This document shows, one piece after another, positions 14,801 to 30,268 of a DNA stretch of 64,000 nt. This DNA is from the human T2T-CHM13v2.0 reference genome, Homo sapiens, in the NCBI RefSeq assembly GCF_009914755.1, contig NC_060929.1. One strand, 5' to 3'. The position numbers were made by a program, and so were the translations under genes. The notes under the pieces were generated by a model. That model searched no databases. It was not told where the DNA came from and saw only the letters and a list, made by a program, of their open reading frames with translations. How positions within the stretch are numbered: the first letter of the stretch is position 1; every line of letters begins with the position of its first letter.

Positions 14801-17009
14801 ACATTTGTCAAAATACTCCCTTTCTTTCCTACCCAATGAATAACAAGGTCTTCCAGAGATTTCTGGTAAATAAGATTTTCACAAGTCAAGTCTTCTCATT
14901 GACTCATTAACCAAAGTACTTCAACAAAGCTTTTAATCCAAGTTAGCACCCAAAAGCTAAACACTTACACCAGGCCATTAGAGTGAACCCAGTAAAGTGG
15001 AACATAACTTTCAATATTCTATTTGCATCTAAAACTTGTTTTGCTAAAATAAAAAAAATTTACTAGTTGATATCACCAATTTGCATTAGCACTGGTTGTT
15101 CAGTCTAAATTAGCTTTCTTTTTTGCTTCCAGGATATCATTATATTTTTCATGCCTTATTTCTATAAATAAAATAAAAATATATTAAGATTATCCATACA
15201 CAACTTATTGGCTGCAAACCAGGTCTGAATGCAGAATTGGCAACACATATTAGAACAATTACAAACAAAAAAGTCTTTTTCAAAGTTCTTTATGTGTTTC
15301 CCTTTCATGACACAAAGGACTAAGCAACACATCATTTTCTATGCTATAATAAAATCATCCATTTTCAGCATTCTAACTGATAGAGAAAATTGTTTTGTTC
15401 TAAATGAAAATAGAAATTCTAAGTGCTAGTAGATGAATTCATATCTAATTATCTAACTTGTCTTATAGAAAGGCAATACCGGGATATTTAAGTTGAAATA
15501 TTCTGCCTAGAAATCAATGTAATAGAAGCCTGATTTTCTGTACAGAATGTTTCTTATTGTTGTAAAACATATTCCAAATTTCCAATTATAGATCTATTTA
15601 ATAAATTTTTGCATCGACCCAATTTTAGAACTTAAATGTATTTTCAGAGGGAAGGGGAGGGCCCTCTTTTTACAACAAAAACCTTGTGTTGACTCTTAAG
15701 ATAGTTAAATTCTTGCAGACACTTACGTTGTATGTTCCCTTTTCTAACAGTCAGATTTGTAACAACCTATCTGGTATAGTGACAAATAAGCAAGAATTGC
15801 CCAAATCACCACAGAGGATCAGGGCACATCTTGCACTTTGGGTCCCCCAGAAGCACCTACTCTGCAATCTGCTCTAGTTGTACCATTTTTCTTAAACCAA
15901 CAAGATCTGAGATAACAAAGATGAGTCCTAGGGAAAGAACAAGGAAGAACAAGGAAATTGTATGTAGATCATTCTAAATTTGCATGTATATATCTTCTAT
16001 ATTATGCATGGCATCCCAAAATAGTACGATACTGACTTAGGGTAATAAGGGCCTGGAATACACGTGGAGAAAGGACACAATATTCTACACAAACTGCCTT
16101 TATGTGAAATACTCCATTTGTAAGAAGTCCTTACAAAGTATAAACAACCATTTGTAGTTACAAAAATTATGTACAAGGACTTGGACATTTCCCACCAGGA
16201 TAGAATAATAGAGACCAGATTTATCCTTTTAAGCAGCAATTAGAAAAACAAAGTATATTAAAAAATGGTTTTCAGATATTGAAAATCAGGCAGCACAGGA
16301 CAGTGATCCCTGAGAGAAAAGAAAGCAATGTGGCAACTGAAAAGATGTCTTTCTATTTGCATAGATGAAAAGAATATAGCTGAGAGAGAATATAACATTG
16401 GAGCGGGGGCCAGAGGGTGAGAAGGATACAGCATGGTATAGGAGAAAGAGCAATCCTTAAACTCCGGCATCAGCAAGACCTGTGCTTCAAGCTCAGCTCT
16501 TCCATTTACTAAATACACACAGCAGGCATTCAAAAATAGAAGAGAATATTTATCAGATATCACACTTGAGGCAGAAATTATCACTGAGGGATAGAATAAT
16601 CAATTCAGAAATAAAGAGAAAAGGTTGTAGAATAGGCCATTTTTTTCCTTAAATATTGCTTCTGCCCTATTCTTTCACCCTTTTCCTTCCTGTACTCCAA
16701 TTAAGCAGATGTATACCTTTTGATTATGCTTTGCACATCTCTTACTTTATGTCGTTTCTTCTATTTTTGTTTCTCTTTATGCTTCTTTTCTGCATATTAT
16801 TTTTCTTCTGTTTTCTGGTTTACTGATCCTGTTTTATATTGGGTTCAGTCCATTGTAAAACCCATCCAATGATTTGTTAATTTCTTTCTTTTTCTTTTTT
16901 TTAAAGACACAGGTTTAATTCTTGACCATTGCTGATCACTTGTTTCACCTTAGACAAGTCAGCTAACTTTTTTCATCTGCTCCACAGATCTGTGGTAAGG
17001 ATTAGATGA

Positions 17010-17370
<361 letters not shown>

Positions 17371-17787
17371 TAGCATGTAGTTTTTAAAAGGCAAAGCAAT
17401 TGAAATTTGTAAAGCATTTGGATATCTACAAAAGTTATTTGACGAGAACATACAAGGGGACATCTCTTATGGGCTAGTGATTTTAGGATTGTCCACTTGA
17501 TGTTAACTAAATATCCTTCCTAATGCCAAACCAGCACACAGGGTGAGAATACGTGATGCTGGATAAAAAAAAAAATTTGATTTCTCTATCAAATGTACTT
17601 TTAGGTAAAACAAAAAAATACGCACAGTATAAAATATTTGTACGGGCAAATTTGTTAATTTCAAATATTATATTTTTTCTATTCTAAAGCATCCATTTGA
17701 TTTTTTTATATTCCAATTTTCAGCTTAATTCTTGATCTTTTCTACTATTTGAACAAATTTCCCTCTAATGTGTAAATCACTTCTCTT

Positions 17788-17808
17788 TCTCTCTCTCTCT
17801 CTCTCTCT
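17788..17808. repeat. (TC)n microsatellite, about 10 units
   Basis: Direct reading. Confidence 0.9.
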
Positions 17809-18649
17809 TAGCTTTTAGTAAACCTAATGTATCCTAGGTATTGGCATGCCTTATAGGTTTGGATATTGTGAATAAAAACAAAGAACTGTAGAGGCTCTTA
17901 TTGATTTCTCCCAAAGAGAGTTATTTTTTCTTCTGGCGGGTAGATCTTGTTAAGATGTGATTTTATATGCTCTGTTAGGGTTAGGCTATAAAGTTTTCTG
18001 CCTTATTTGATCTTACGTGTTGCAGTTAGTTCTTGTGAGTTTTTCCCACTTCTGGTGCCTGCCCCATCTGAGTCTCTAATAAAATTTTGTGATGTTTACT
18101 GATGCCTCTCTGCTTTGGTGGAGCTTAACCTCTATAACCTCTGTTTTCTCAATTCTGTATGCTGCAGAAATCTGTGAACAGCTTTCTAGCTTCCCAGCTG
18201 CTCTGGGTTTTGTAGAGTCTCACTAGACCATGGGCAGCTCATGTACTGACCAATAGCTTGTGGGGAATACATATATCGTTATCTGAGCTTCTTTTCTGAG
18301 TTTGACTCAGTCTCTGGAAATTTGCTGCATAAGTCTGGGCCCTGACCACCAATATCTGTCTCCTCATCCCTGCAATACTTTCTACTTGGACCCAACTTCC
18401 ACATGCTCGAATGTGGAAAAAAACGCTTTAGAGAAAAAGCAAGGGGAAATGTGGAGCTCACTTTGTATGTTTTGCTTCTCTCAAGGGTTACAGCACCTGT
18501 ATTGCTTTCTCTCCAGTATCAAGCAGTTGTTTTATACATATTACCCAAAGCATATGTTTTGTGTGTCTCATTAATCAAGGACAAGATTCTCTATCATGGC
18601 CAGGACTGACTCCCCTTTACTCTTCAACTTACTATGATTTCCATTCTAT

Positions 18650-19275
18650 TATTCCATTTAAGCTGTTCTTGATAGGGTTACCAATGACTTTCATGGTGCC
18701 AATACAGTGTGTTCTTTCAGCCCTTACCCTACTCTATCTCAGTAGCATTTGACACAGTTGACCACTTTCTCTCTTTTTTGGATTTCATGCCATATACCCT
18801 CGGTTTTCCTTTTATTTCAGTGGCCATTCTTTCTCAGTCTCCTATATTGAGTTAGCACTCCTTTCCCCAACTTTAATGCTGGACTTCCACAGCCCTCTAA
18901 TAGGAGTCTTAGGTGCTCTTGTGTCCTACTTTACCATCCTTCCGTAGGTAATCCCTTTCAAATCCATGACCTAAATTTACCTCTTCTTATGATTGCCACA
19001 ATATGCTGAAACTTTCAAGTTTATACTTCCAGCCCAGGCTCCACTTCTAAGCTTCACAACTTAGATCTATCTAGTGGTCTACTTGAGATCTCCACTTGGA
19101 TGACTTATAAGGATTTCCAAACTTAACAGGTCTAAAACTGGACATTTTTGTGCTCTATCCTGACCCGCTGCCATACTTCCTTGGCAAGTTCCCCATCTCA
19201 GCAAAGGACATCTTTCTTCCCCTTGTGACCCTTGCCCCACACTTGAAATTAACCCTTGATTCTTCTCTCTCATCT
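18650..19275 (+). mobile_element. L2 ORF2 3' region
   Basis: ttaccaatgactt...agcatttgacacagttgaccact...gagatctccacttggatgac. Confidence 0.7.
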
Positions 19276-19894
19276 AAATGCACCAGATTTCACTGCCTTG
19301 TATTTTGGTCAGATTTTCAACTTCATGAGAGTCTCATAACTTTGCTCGCTGATGACCTGACTGTTGCTTTGCCCTGGACCAAGTCCACAATTCTGGAGCC
19401 CTCAGAATCTTTTCTGTTAGGGCACTTGAGGGCATAGGGGCTATGAACCCTGAAATCTCACTGTGTTGTAGCACAGCATAGATACAGAAATTTGTAAGCT
19501 AGACCAAAGTAATAATAAATATTAACTCATGTCATCTATGCTGTGTTTTAGATGTTTAGAACATTTAGGATTAATTTTTTAAAAAAATTTCCAAGAGCTT
19601 TAGATATGTTGAGAGCTAGAGCGGTGGGGTAAAGATAGATTCTATAAGGCTTGTCTTATGGAACATAGTTACCATTTCATGAAACAGCATTTGCAATTTC
19701 TGAAACTCTATTGACTGGATGGATCATCAATTTATGTTTTACAGGCTGAAATTTTAGGCTTTTGTCACTCATAGATAACTGAAAGCTTTAGATTTAGCAT
19801 GGCCTCTAGTCTATTAAATGTCTTAAAAAATTAAAATGCTTATTAAAAAGAACAGTATATTTTAGCTAATGAGTTCGTAAAGAATGATCTGAAT

Positions 19895-20095
19895 TGGGGG
19901 TGTCCAATCTTTTGGATTCCCTTGGCCACACTGGAAAAAGAAGAATTGTCTTGGGCCATACATAAAATACACTAACACTAATGATAGCTGATGAGCTAAA
20001 AAAAAAAAATCACAAAAATATCTTATGTTTTAAGAAAGTTTACGAATTTGTATTGGGCTGCATATGGCCTGCAGGCCACAGGTTGAACAAGCTTG
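19895..20095 (+). mobile_element. MER30 hAT MITE
   Basis: ggggtgtccaatcttttgg...aattgtcttgggcca...cactaatgatagctgatgagctaaaa...ggttgaacaagcttg. Confidence 0.85.
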
Positions 20096-20159
20096 GTCTA
20101 AAGAAAACGATATTTTTATTTTTTGTAAAATTGCTTTAGAACCCCTAGATACAGCCTAG

Positions 20160-20482
20160 GACCCACTGACCCTGGGTAACCTTGAGCAGGCCACTTACCT
20201 CCTCCAGCTTCATTTTCCTCATTTATGAAATGGTGAGCACGATGGCTCTTCATCTGCAACAATAAGTAGCAGTGGATATTTCCCTTGTGGCAGGCACTCT
20301 ATGAAGTGACCTGCATCTGATTTCATTCTTACAACTATTCCTCTAGATATGAGGTAAAAAAAAATCATCTTCATTTTACCTGAGGCTTAGAGAAGATAAC
20401 TTGCCAAAAGTCACACAGCTAGTAAGTGTAGCATCCAGACAGTTTGTCTCTCTCCAGAATGCAAAGCTTCTGACTACCACTC
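20160..20482. mobile_element. Two MIR fragments in opposite orientation
   Basis: Plus strand accttgagcaggccactt...ttcctcatttatgaaatgg. Minus strand ctgaggcttagagaagataacttgccaaaagtcacacagctagtaagt. Confidence 0.6.
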
Positions 20483-20590
20483 TGAGATGATCATGATCAT
20501 TCTTCCCCAGTGGGCACTTATGTCTTACTTACAGAGAGTGATGCTTAATTTTATGTGTCAACTTGACTGGGCCGTGGGATGCCCAGATAC

Positions 20591-20962
20591 CTGTTTTGTG
20601 TTGCTGTAACAGATTACCTGAGACTGCCTAATTTACAAAGAACAGAAATTTATTTCTCACGGTTCCAGAGGCTGAGAAGTCCAATATCAAAGAGCCAACA
20701 GACTTTTGCGTCTGGTAAGGTCCTGGTTTCTATTTCCAAGATGATGCCTTGAATGTTACACACTCTGGAGGGGAAGAATGGTGTCCCTCACACAGCAAAA
20801 CGACAGAAGAGAGACAGCCCACTCCTGCAAACCCCTGTTATAGTAGCATTAATTTATGCCCTTTAAATTTTCCATTAGGGCCCACCTCCCAACACCATTT
20901 CATTAGGGATTAAGTTTCTAATACATGAGCTTTGAAGGGAACAGAAACATTCAATTCATGGT
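20591..20962 (-). mobile_element. MST-type MaLR LTR nested in MLT2
   Basis: tgttttgtgttgctgtaacagattacctgagactg...gcccacctcccaacacc...ggattaagtttc...acattcaa. Confidence 0.75.
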
Positions 20963-21307
20963 GCCAGATATCTGGTTAAACATTATTTCTGCATGTATTT
21001 GTAAGAGTGGTTCTGGAAGACATTAGCATTTGAATTGGTGAACTGAGTAATGCAGATAGCCCTCCCCTGTGCAGGTGAACATCATCCAAACCATTGGGGG
21101 CCTGAGTAGAAGTTAAAGGCAGAGAGAAGTCGAATTCTCTCTCTTTGCCTGACTGCTTGAGCTGAGACGTTGCTCTTCTCCTGTCCTTGGGCTGAGATTT
21201 ACGCCATTGGTGCTCTTGGTTCTCAGGCCTTCCAACTAGTATTTATACCACTGGCTTCCCTGTGTCTCCAGGTTGTAGATGGCAGACTGTGGGACTTAGC
21301 CTACTTC

Positions 21308-21345
<38 letters not shown>

Positions 21346-21354
21346 ATCTATCTA
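21308..21354. repeat. (TCTA)9 TCA (TCTA)2 tetranucleotide STR
   Basis: Counted from the sequence. Confidence 0.92.
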
Positions 21355-21385
21355 AAATTGGCCCTGTTACTCTAAATGACCTTGA

Positions 21386-21751
<366 letters not shown>

Positions 21752-22617
21752 TGAAAACTGTCTGCAGTTTTGTCTATAGTGGTCTTTGAGATTGTGAGGG
21801 GACCCTTATTGGAGTGAGACATCTCTGTTGCCTTCTAGTGCAGTTTGGGTATAGCCTGATTCAGCAGCTCACTATTTGCTTCTAGAGATGAATAATGGGA
21901 GCTTAGACTGGCCTTTGTTCCTCAATTTTTGGCTCATCTCTGTCATTTCTTTCTTTCTAGGATATATTTGCAATTATAACAAAGAAATCATGCAGACTCT
22001 AAGCATTATGTTACCTCTTTAGCATTTTCTCCACTGAATCATGTCCTAGTTTCCCTTGGCAACCATGCAGATTAACCTCTTACAAACCAGGTCTCTCCAT
22101 AGTTTTAGCATTTCATAACTGAATCCTGTTTGTCAATATAATTGCATGTTATCCAGAATCCAGATTATCCTTACAGTGGTCTTTAAGAGACAAGGTATTT
22201 GTCCATTTATCATTTAATACCTTTTCAATCCTGATGGTAAGAAGAACAGAACAGGAAGAAGGAAAGGATGATAAGGTGGCAGGGTAGTGTGTTTTTAGAC
22301 CAGCAGGCTTTTGTGATATCTATTTAATCACACTGTGTTTGGTTGGGGTGGGTGGGGATTCATCTACTCCTCCACACAGGGCCAGTAGAATCAGTAAATA
22401 TTCGTGCTAGAAAGGATCACACAGCATTCCAGTCACAAAAGAGATGAGGACATAGAGGCCCCTAGGGGCTCATTGCCTTGTCCACGGTCCAGCAGTCACT
22501 ATACATTTGACTAGGACCAGCTCCCCTGGCACCAGTGCTCTCAACCGTGAGTAGTGTCGCCTCTTCCACCCCCAAACCACTACAAAACCGAATCTGTGGA
22601 TTGGGATTCATACCTTT

Positions 22618-23050
22618 TGTGTTTCTGAAAAAGATACGTTTAAGTCTTCACCCCTGGCACCTGTGAGTATGACCTTATTTGGAAATAGGTTCTTTCTGAT
22701 GTAATCCAGCTAAGGTCGTATTAAATTAGGATGAACCCAAAATTCATGGACTGGAATGCTTACGAGAAGAGGAGAGGACATGAAGAGACTCACGCAGAAG
22801 TCCATATGAAGATGGAGGCAGAGATTGGAGTGATGCGCTCAAGCCAAGGAATGCTAAGGATTGCTGGCCACCACCAGAAGCTAGGGAGAGGCAACGAGGG
22901 AGTCTCCCTGAGAGTCTTTGGAGAAAGCATGACTCTGCCACCACCTTATTTTAAACTTCTAGCTTTCAGTCCATGAGAGAATAAATTTCTGCTGTTTCAA
23001 CCCACCCAGTTTGTGGTTATTTGTCATGGCAGTCCTAGGAAACACATACA
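22618..23050 (+). mobile_element. MLT1C-type MaLR solo LTR
   Basis: gaccttatttggaaatagg...gaagatggaggcagagattggagtgatgc...caccagaagctagg...gaataaatttctgctgttt...ggaaacacataca. Confidence 0.8.
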
Positions 23051-23161
23051 ATGTGGTTATTAAGTATAATTTTATTTTTCTGTAATTCAACATAACATTT
23101 ATTTTTGCCTCAGTTCTTCTGGGTGTGTAGATACTTAAGCTTGGTCAATTTAGGTTCACCA

Positions 23162-23455
<294 letters not shown>

Positions 23456-24044
23456 TTAGGTTCACCTGCCCATTTCTTCCCCCAAAGGCGGTGTTAAGCT
23501 ATAAACCCTTCACGCTTGTCCCACCCAGTTTTTTGTGTCCCCTTCACCTCTACAGGTCCGATGGCCCTAGCAGCTTCCAGCATATCACAGGGTACAAGAT
23601 TCTCAGACAGGCAGTTTACACGTCTGTACACCTAGCTGTGGTGTATAAACATTTTCTCAGGGAGAGTTTCGTTGTCATGACAGATCTGCCAGGGACGAAG
23701 GCTTTGAGTCTCCCTTCCCAAGACCACTATGTATTTCTCTCATCTTTACCCTACCTCTGCAATCATGAAAAATAATTAGATCCAGTTTTCCCCAACCCCA
23801 CTTCTTAGCACTCTTCCTATACTCTTTATCTATGCTCTGAATTCTCTTTCTTAGACTTTAAGACCACAAAACCCCAATATTCGACTGCCTTTTCAGTTTT
23901 CTGTTTTGTCACATCCCTCCCTTGAGGCAATGACTGTAGAATATTTGCTACAAGGGAGAAGGGGAAGGAAAGTGAAAAATACTGATGGAAAACCAAAAAA
24001 TATTGGTTAATTAGTCAAAACTATTTTCTAAATAAATGTGATAT

Positions 24045-24240
24045 GGGAGAAAAATACAGTCCTGATGTCAAAGAGACATGGAATCAGATACCGATGATGC
24101 TACTTTCTAGCTTACTAGGGCAAAGTACATTTCATCTCTGTAGACTTTGCACTCCCATTTACTCATATGGGGAAATTAAAAGCCCCATCTTCTAGAGTTG
24201 TTGCGAGGATTAAATTTAGTGAGATAATATATGCAAAGTC
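24045..24240 (+). mobile_element. MIR
   Basis: Diverged core ...agagttgttgcgaggattaaatttagtgagataatatatgcaaag. Confidence 0.55.
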
Positions 24241-24253
24241 AAAGTGTCTCCCA

Positions 24254-24527
24254 GGCTGGTTTGGTGGCTCACACCTGTAATCCCAACACTTTGGGAGGCT
24301 GAGGAGGTCGGATCACTTGAGCTCAGGAGTTCAAGGGCAGCCTGGGCAACATAATGAAAACCCATCTCTACAAAACATACAAAAATTAGGCGTGCATGTT
24401 GGCGTGTGTCTCTAGTTCTAGCTACTCAAGAGGCTGAAGTGAGAGAATCTCTTGAGCTTGGGAGGTGGAGGTTGCAAGTGAGCAGAAGTGACAGAGTGAG
24501 ACACTGTCTCAAAAACAACAACAACAA
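24254..24527 (+). mobile_element. AluJ-like element with an internal deletion in the right arm
   Basis: J-type positions (cctgggcaacata, ctctacaaaa). Right arm jumps from gcaagtgagcaga to gtgacagagtgaga. TSD caaagtgt(c/g)tcc at 24240-24251 and 24528-24539. Confidence 0.88.
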
Positions 24528-25289
24528 CAAAGTGTGTCCTTTCAGCAGAAGCATAAAAACAAACAAACAAACAAAAAACACGTAGCCAATATTGATGCAG
24601 AAATTATTTAAGACTGAGCTGATTTCCCAGTTCTTCCTAAGTAGTTCTTTAGGAAGACCCATAAAGCCTCCATAAAGACACCGGCTATTGAGTTTGAATA
24701 TTCATGTTGAATGTGGTTTCCCACCAGTAAGCAAGATGCTACTATGGCAGATGTCTGGCTCTTTAATTTTCTTCCTTTTGTGAAGGGAGAAATAGCCTGA
24801 TGATGAGAGCTAGATTTTCAATTCACTATTATCTCTATTTTTGAGCTTTTGTGCACTTTGGCCCTTGTTCTTTCCTGTATCCAGGGGAATATGCTACAGA
24901 CAGAAAAATATTTTTATATTTTAATCTGCCTGGCTCTTAAATTGTAACACTACTGAACACTCCTCTAAGGAATTAGGTGTGCTCTAGTGCTTTTTCAGGA
25001 GCTGGCAAAATCCAGGCAGAGCTGGGGTTGACTTTGCCAGATTTTCCTTCTCTAAGAAGTTGTCATGCAGGGGCTGAGCCACTAGATGTCACAAATGGGG
25101 AAGTGTTCTGCCCTGCTCTCTGCGGTTTTCTCCTGCAAGGAGAGGCGGTGAGACCCTATACTCCTTCTTCAGCTGGAGTGACCATCAGCGTCATACCAGT
25201 GACAGGCTGGGAATGTCTGTGGTCCATCTTTATAGCCAGGAAGGCTATACATCTTCTCTATCCACACTCACATATATATATATGATATC

Positions 25290-25328
25290 TATTTAATATA
25301 TGTGCTTATATATTTAATATATGTGCTT

Positions 25329-25378
<50 letters not shown>
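25290..25378. repeat. Tandem 21-mer duplication followed by (TA)22
   Basis: tatttaatatatgtgcttat(a) twice at 25290-25330, then pure TA at 25335-25378. Confidence 0.92.
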
Positions 25379-25379
<1 letters not shown>

Positions 25380-26121
25380 TTGGAATACTGGCTATCCAGG
25401 ATAAGAGGAAGATAAATGATATAATTGAGGCAAACACTATGGAATTACCACCCTAGGAATTTTTTGTATTGTCTTGATAAGTGGTTCCCATAGTGACCTA
25501 TGACATGTGAGGGACTGTGCTAAGGCCTAGGAAAGAAATGACAAACAAAAACAGTGGGTTAGGGCAGAATGCAGAAAGGTGGACTGTAGTGAAATCAGAA
25601 ACACAAAGACATGTAGTGAGTTTTCCTGTAGCTAAAGATATTTACCTTGGAGAATTGGCCTTTCAAAATTATTTCTGTTTTATGTTAATGTCTTTTATTT
25701 TATGAAATGATAATATTAGTAGGAAGAAGTTTTTATTTTAATATTCTTATTGGAAAAATTAAAACTTGGCAGCTTTATTATGGTGTTCTAATTTTTTTTT
25801 TTTTAATTCTCTGGTCTTTAAAGTCTTCAAGTCTGGGAGCCCTTGTGTCTGACATCTCTAAATGTCTATACTCAGAACTGAAGATGCCTCCCATTACAGC
25901 TTATTATCCTCATTACACCCTCTTCTCAACCAGTATCACTGGAGAAGCCAACAGAGAAAGTAGAAGGAAACACCCTCCAGATTAATTCAGATAAAGCTGA
26001 AAATAAATAGAATTATATACTAGGTAATGAATAGCATTAAAGCTTTCCCTAGGGAAACAATTTTACTAAAGTACAGGGTTTTGCCAGAAGATTGTTGCTA
26101 CATATTAAATTTGGATCTCTA

Positions 26122-26772
<651 letters not shown>

Positions 26773-27139
26773 TTATACTGGGAACAAATGTTGAAGAAAT
26801 CAAGAATATGGATGAATGAGAGGAAATAGCTCTTTTCTCTAGAATGGTGAGCAGGACAAAAAGTGAAAAGAATTAAGCCCTTCAGGACAGCTATGATATA
26901 CTCCAGGATAAACAATACTTCATGATAAGCATCTTCTTGGTGCCTACAAACATGAAAAATGCTGGATGAAGAGCAGGGCTCTCCCTGACTGGAGGATTCT
27001 AAAGGAAGCAGAGTTGGCATGGGCTGGCAAGGTGGTGGTGCACAGATTATTCGAGTACAGGCACAGCACTGTGTACCTGGACAAGTGTCCAAAAGAACAG
27101 AGCAATTTCCCCAAGACAAGGAGACATATGTGATTGACA

Positions 27140-29966
27140 TGAAATGGCTCTTATTGGAAGTGTTCAGAAGATGGTCTTTAGGTGTCATCCCTTGAGGAAG
27201 TGATTGTGCTCCAGGTGTTCACATCTTGCCCAAGGACACATCCTTCCTAGGGCAGCCCACATCCAATGACTGACTGCTATATAAAGGCTCAGACTCATTT
27301 CACCACAATGTGGGACTACTCTGAAGGGCCATTTGAACTCCAGGACTCCTCAAGGAATCAGCTGAAGCTGTGCTAGTCTGAATCTTTTTGTCCCTTCAAA
27401 ATTTATATTTTGAAACTTAATTCCCACTGTAATAGTATTAAGAGATGGAGCCTTTAGAAGGTGATTAGATCATGAGGACTCCACCCTCATAAATGGGATT
27501 AATGCCCTTATAAAAGGGGCCTCAGAGAACTTGTTTAGCCTCTGTTACGTGAGGACACAGCAAGAAGGTGCTATCTATGCAGCAAAGAACGCTCAGCAAA
27601 CATTACATTTGCTGGTGCCCTGATCTTTAAATTTCCAGCCTCCAGAACTGTGAGTAACAAATTCTTATTGTTTATAAATTACCCAGTCTAAGGTATTTTG
27701 TTATAGCAGCCCACATGGACTAAGAAGAAAAGGGGTATCAAGAGTGGGGTGCTGATGTAACAAATATCTAAAAATGTGGAAGCATCCTGGGAACAGGGTA
27801 ATGGATACAGGCTGGAAGAATTTGGAGCTGCATGCTACAAAAAGCCTGCATTGTTATACATGGAACATAAAGGTGGATTCTGGTGAGGGCTCAGAAGAAG
27901 AGGGGAGACGTAGAGAAAGCCTCAGTCTTTTTAGAGATTACCTAAAAGATGGCAGGCAGGATGTTGGTGGAATTATGGATGGTAAAAGCCATTTGGATGA
28001 GGTCTAAGATGGAAATGAGAAATACGTTATTAGAAACTGGAGGAAAGGTGATTCTTGTTATAAAGTGGCAAAGAATTTAGCTGAATTGTGTTCATGTCCT
28101 AGTGCTTTGTAGAAAGTAGAACTAACTGATGAAAGAAGATATTTGGTGGAACAACTACCTAAGCAAATTGTTGAGGTACAATATGGCTTCTCTTGACTGC
28201 TTATTGTAAAATTTGAGAAGATTAAATTTATAATAAAAATGAAGCAGAACTTGTGCCTGGCCATGTTGTAAAGAACAAAAAACATGTTCAGGACAGAATA
28301 CCAAGGGTGTAGTCAACCTAACCTTTGATAAGGAGATTAGTATAGCTAGAAGGAAGTCAGATGCTACTTATCAAGATGATGGAAGAATAACCCTGAATGC
28401 ATTTCAGAGATCACTGGGCTTGCCACTTTCATCACAGGCCCAGAGTGCCAAGGCCTTGGGGACAGAATTATGTCAAAAAAGGAGCCTTCAGTGCCTGTGG
28501 GGCTTTGGTGCTCACCCTGTGCTGCCTAAAGTCTGCTCCCCTCATTCTGGCACAGCACTCCTTAACCATACCATGTGGTTCAAGCTGATTTAAGTGTAGC
28601 TCAGGCCACCTCTCTAGAGGGCAGAGATGGTAAACCTTAGCTGCCTATGTTCAATGCCATCTCCAAAAATGTGAGGAATGCACAAGCTGTTCAGCATTAC
28701 TACCTCTATTTAGATTTCAAATGATGCCCTGTTGAGTCTTGGGTCCCTGGTGGAGAACTGCACACAGGAATGGGGTCACCATAGAAAGTCCCCACTAGGG
28801 CAATGACTAGTGAAGCTGTGGAGGCAGGGGCGCTGCAGAGACTCCTTACTAGGGCAATACCTAGTGGAGCTGTGAAAGTGGACTCACCCTCAAGAATCCA
28901 GCTCAGTAGAGGTAGCTGGGTGCAACTCCACTCTGGGAGAGATACAAGCACAAAACTCAACCCATGAGAGTTGTGGTATTGGCCACACCCAGCAAAGCCA
29001 TGGGAGCAGGGCCACCTAGAGCCTTGAGGTTCCAATTCCTGCCCTAGTGTGTCCAAAAGATAGAACATCAAGTCAAAGAGCATTATTCTCCAGCCTTAAG
29101 ATTTAATGTTTGTCCTATTGAGATTTGGACTTGCTTGATACCCATTAACCTTTTCTCTTTTTTTCTAATTTCTTCCTTTTGAAATGGGAATGTCTATTCT
29201 ATGCCTGTCCTACCATGTATGTATTTTGGAAGCACATAATTTGTTTGATTTCCCAGGCTCACTGATGGAGAGAAATTTACCTCAGGGTGAATTGTACCTT
29301 GAGTCTCACCTATATTTGATTTAGCTGATATTTAGGTGAAATTCTGAACTTCAGACTTTTGAGTTCATGCTGGAATGAGTTAAGACTTTGGGGCTGTTGG
29401 AATGAATGTATTTTTCATGTGAGAAAGACATGAACTTGGAGGTGCGGGGTCAGAATATTAAGGTCTGAATATATCCCCTCAAATTCATGTGCTGAGATTT
29501 AATTCCCAATGTAATAATTAAGAGGTGGGTGTCTTTGAAAAGTGCTTAGGTCATGAGGGCTCCACTCTTACCTTTAAGATGGGATTAGTGCCTTTATAAA
29601 AGAGGCCCAAGAGAGCTCATTTGGCCTTATACCTTGTGAAGACACTGCAAGAATCTATGAACAGCATCTACGAAGCAGAGAGCCCTTACCAGATACCAAA
29701 TCTGCTGGTGCCTTGATTTTGGGCTTCTCAATCTCCAGAACTGTAAGAGATAATTTTTTTGTTGTTTATAAATTACCCAGTCTAAGGTATTTTGTTATAG
29801 CAGCCCAAACAGACAAAGACAGGCTGCTTACCTGTCCTGTATGATAGCCTGCCTTCCTCCTCTGCTAATTCTTTCCTTTTCCTCTCCTACACGGGCGCTC
29901 CCTAATAAACATTCCATGTGCTAAGCTCTCCCTCAAAGTCAGCTTCTTGGAGAAACCAACCTGCAC
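27140..29966 (+). mobile_element. LTR16-family (ERVL) LTR split by the MaLR insertion (pieces about 27140-27370 and 29822-29966)
   Basis: gggcagcccacatccaatgactga...gggactactctgaagggc before the insert, and ccctaataaacattcc...cttcttggagaaaccaacctgc after it. Confidence 0.65.
27371..29821 (+). mobile_element. Complete MaLR element (MLT1A/MSTD-type): 5' LTR 27371-27727, internal region, 3' LTR 29456-29821
   Basis: Two direct LTRs share ttgtttataaattacccagtctaaggtattttgttatagcagccca. The internal region starts gaaaaggggtatcaagagtggggtgctgatgtaacaaata. 5-bp TSD agctg/ggctg. Confidence 0.88.
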
Positions 29967-30268
29967 TTGAGTAACATTCAAGGTTTTTCTTCTCATCTTG
30001 AAGCAAAACTGGGACACCTTTTAGCTGATGTAGCTGGAGGAAATACTGGTTACAAGTATAAACAAACAGTGCTACTGTACATAAAACAGTAGATTCCAAA
30101 AAAAAAAGTAGGGAATAATGTTTTATTATATTCTAATTCCAGTTAACTTGGTGAACTCAGTTCTTTTCAAAATCCAGTTTAAATGTCCATGACCGTGTTA
30201 TTTTATCTGTAGCTTTCTCAGAAAAAAATCAATCTCTTCTTTTATTTTGCTCATAGAGCACTTAATAC

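Noticed and set aside
22341-22358. G-quadruplex candidate GGTTGGGGTGGGTGGGG (similar at about 14176-14189)
   Set aside because: Only three runs of three or more G, so it is not a canonical G4.
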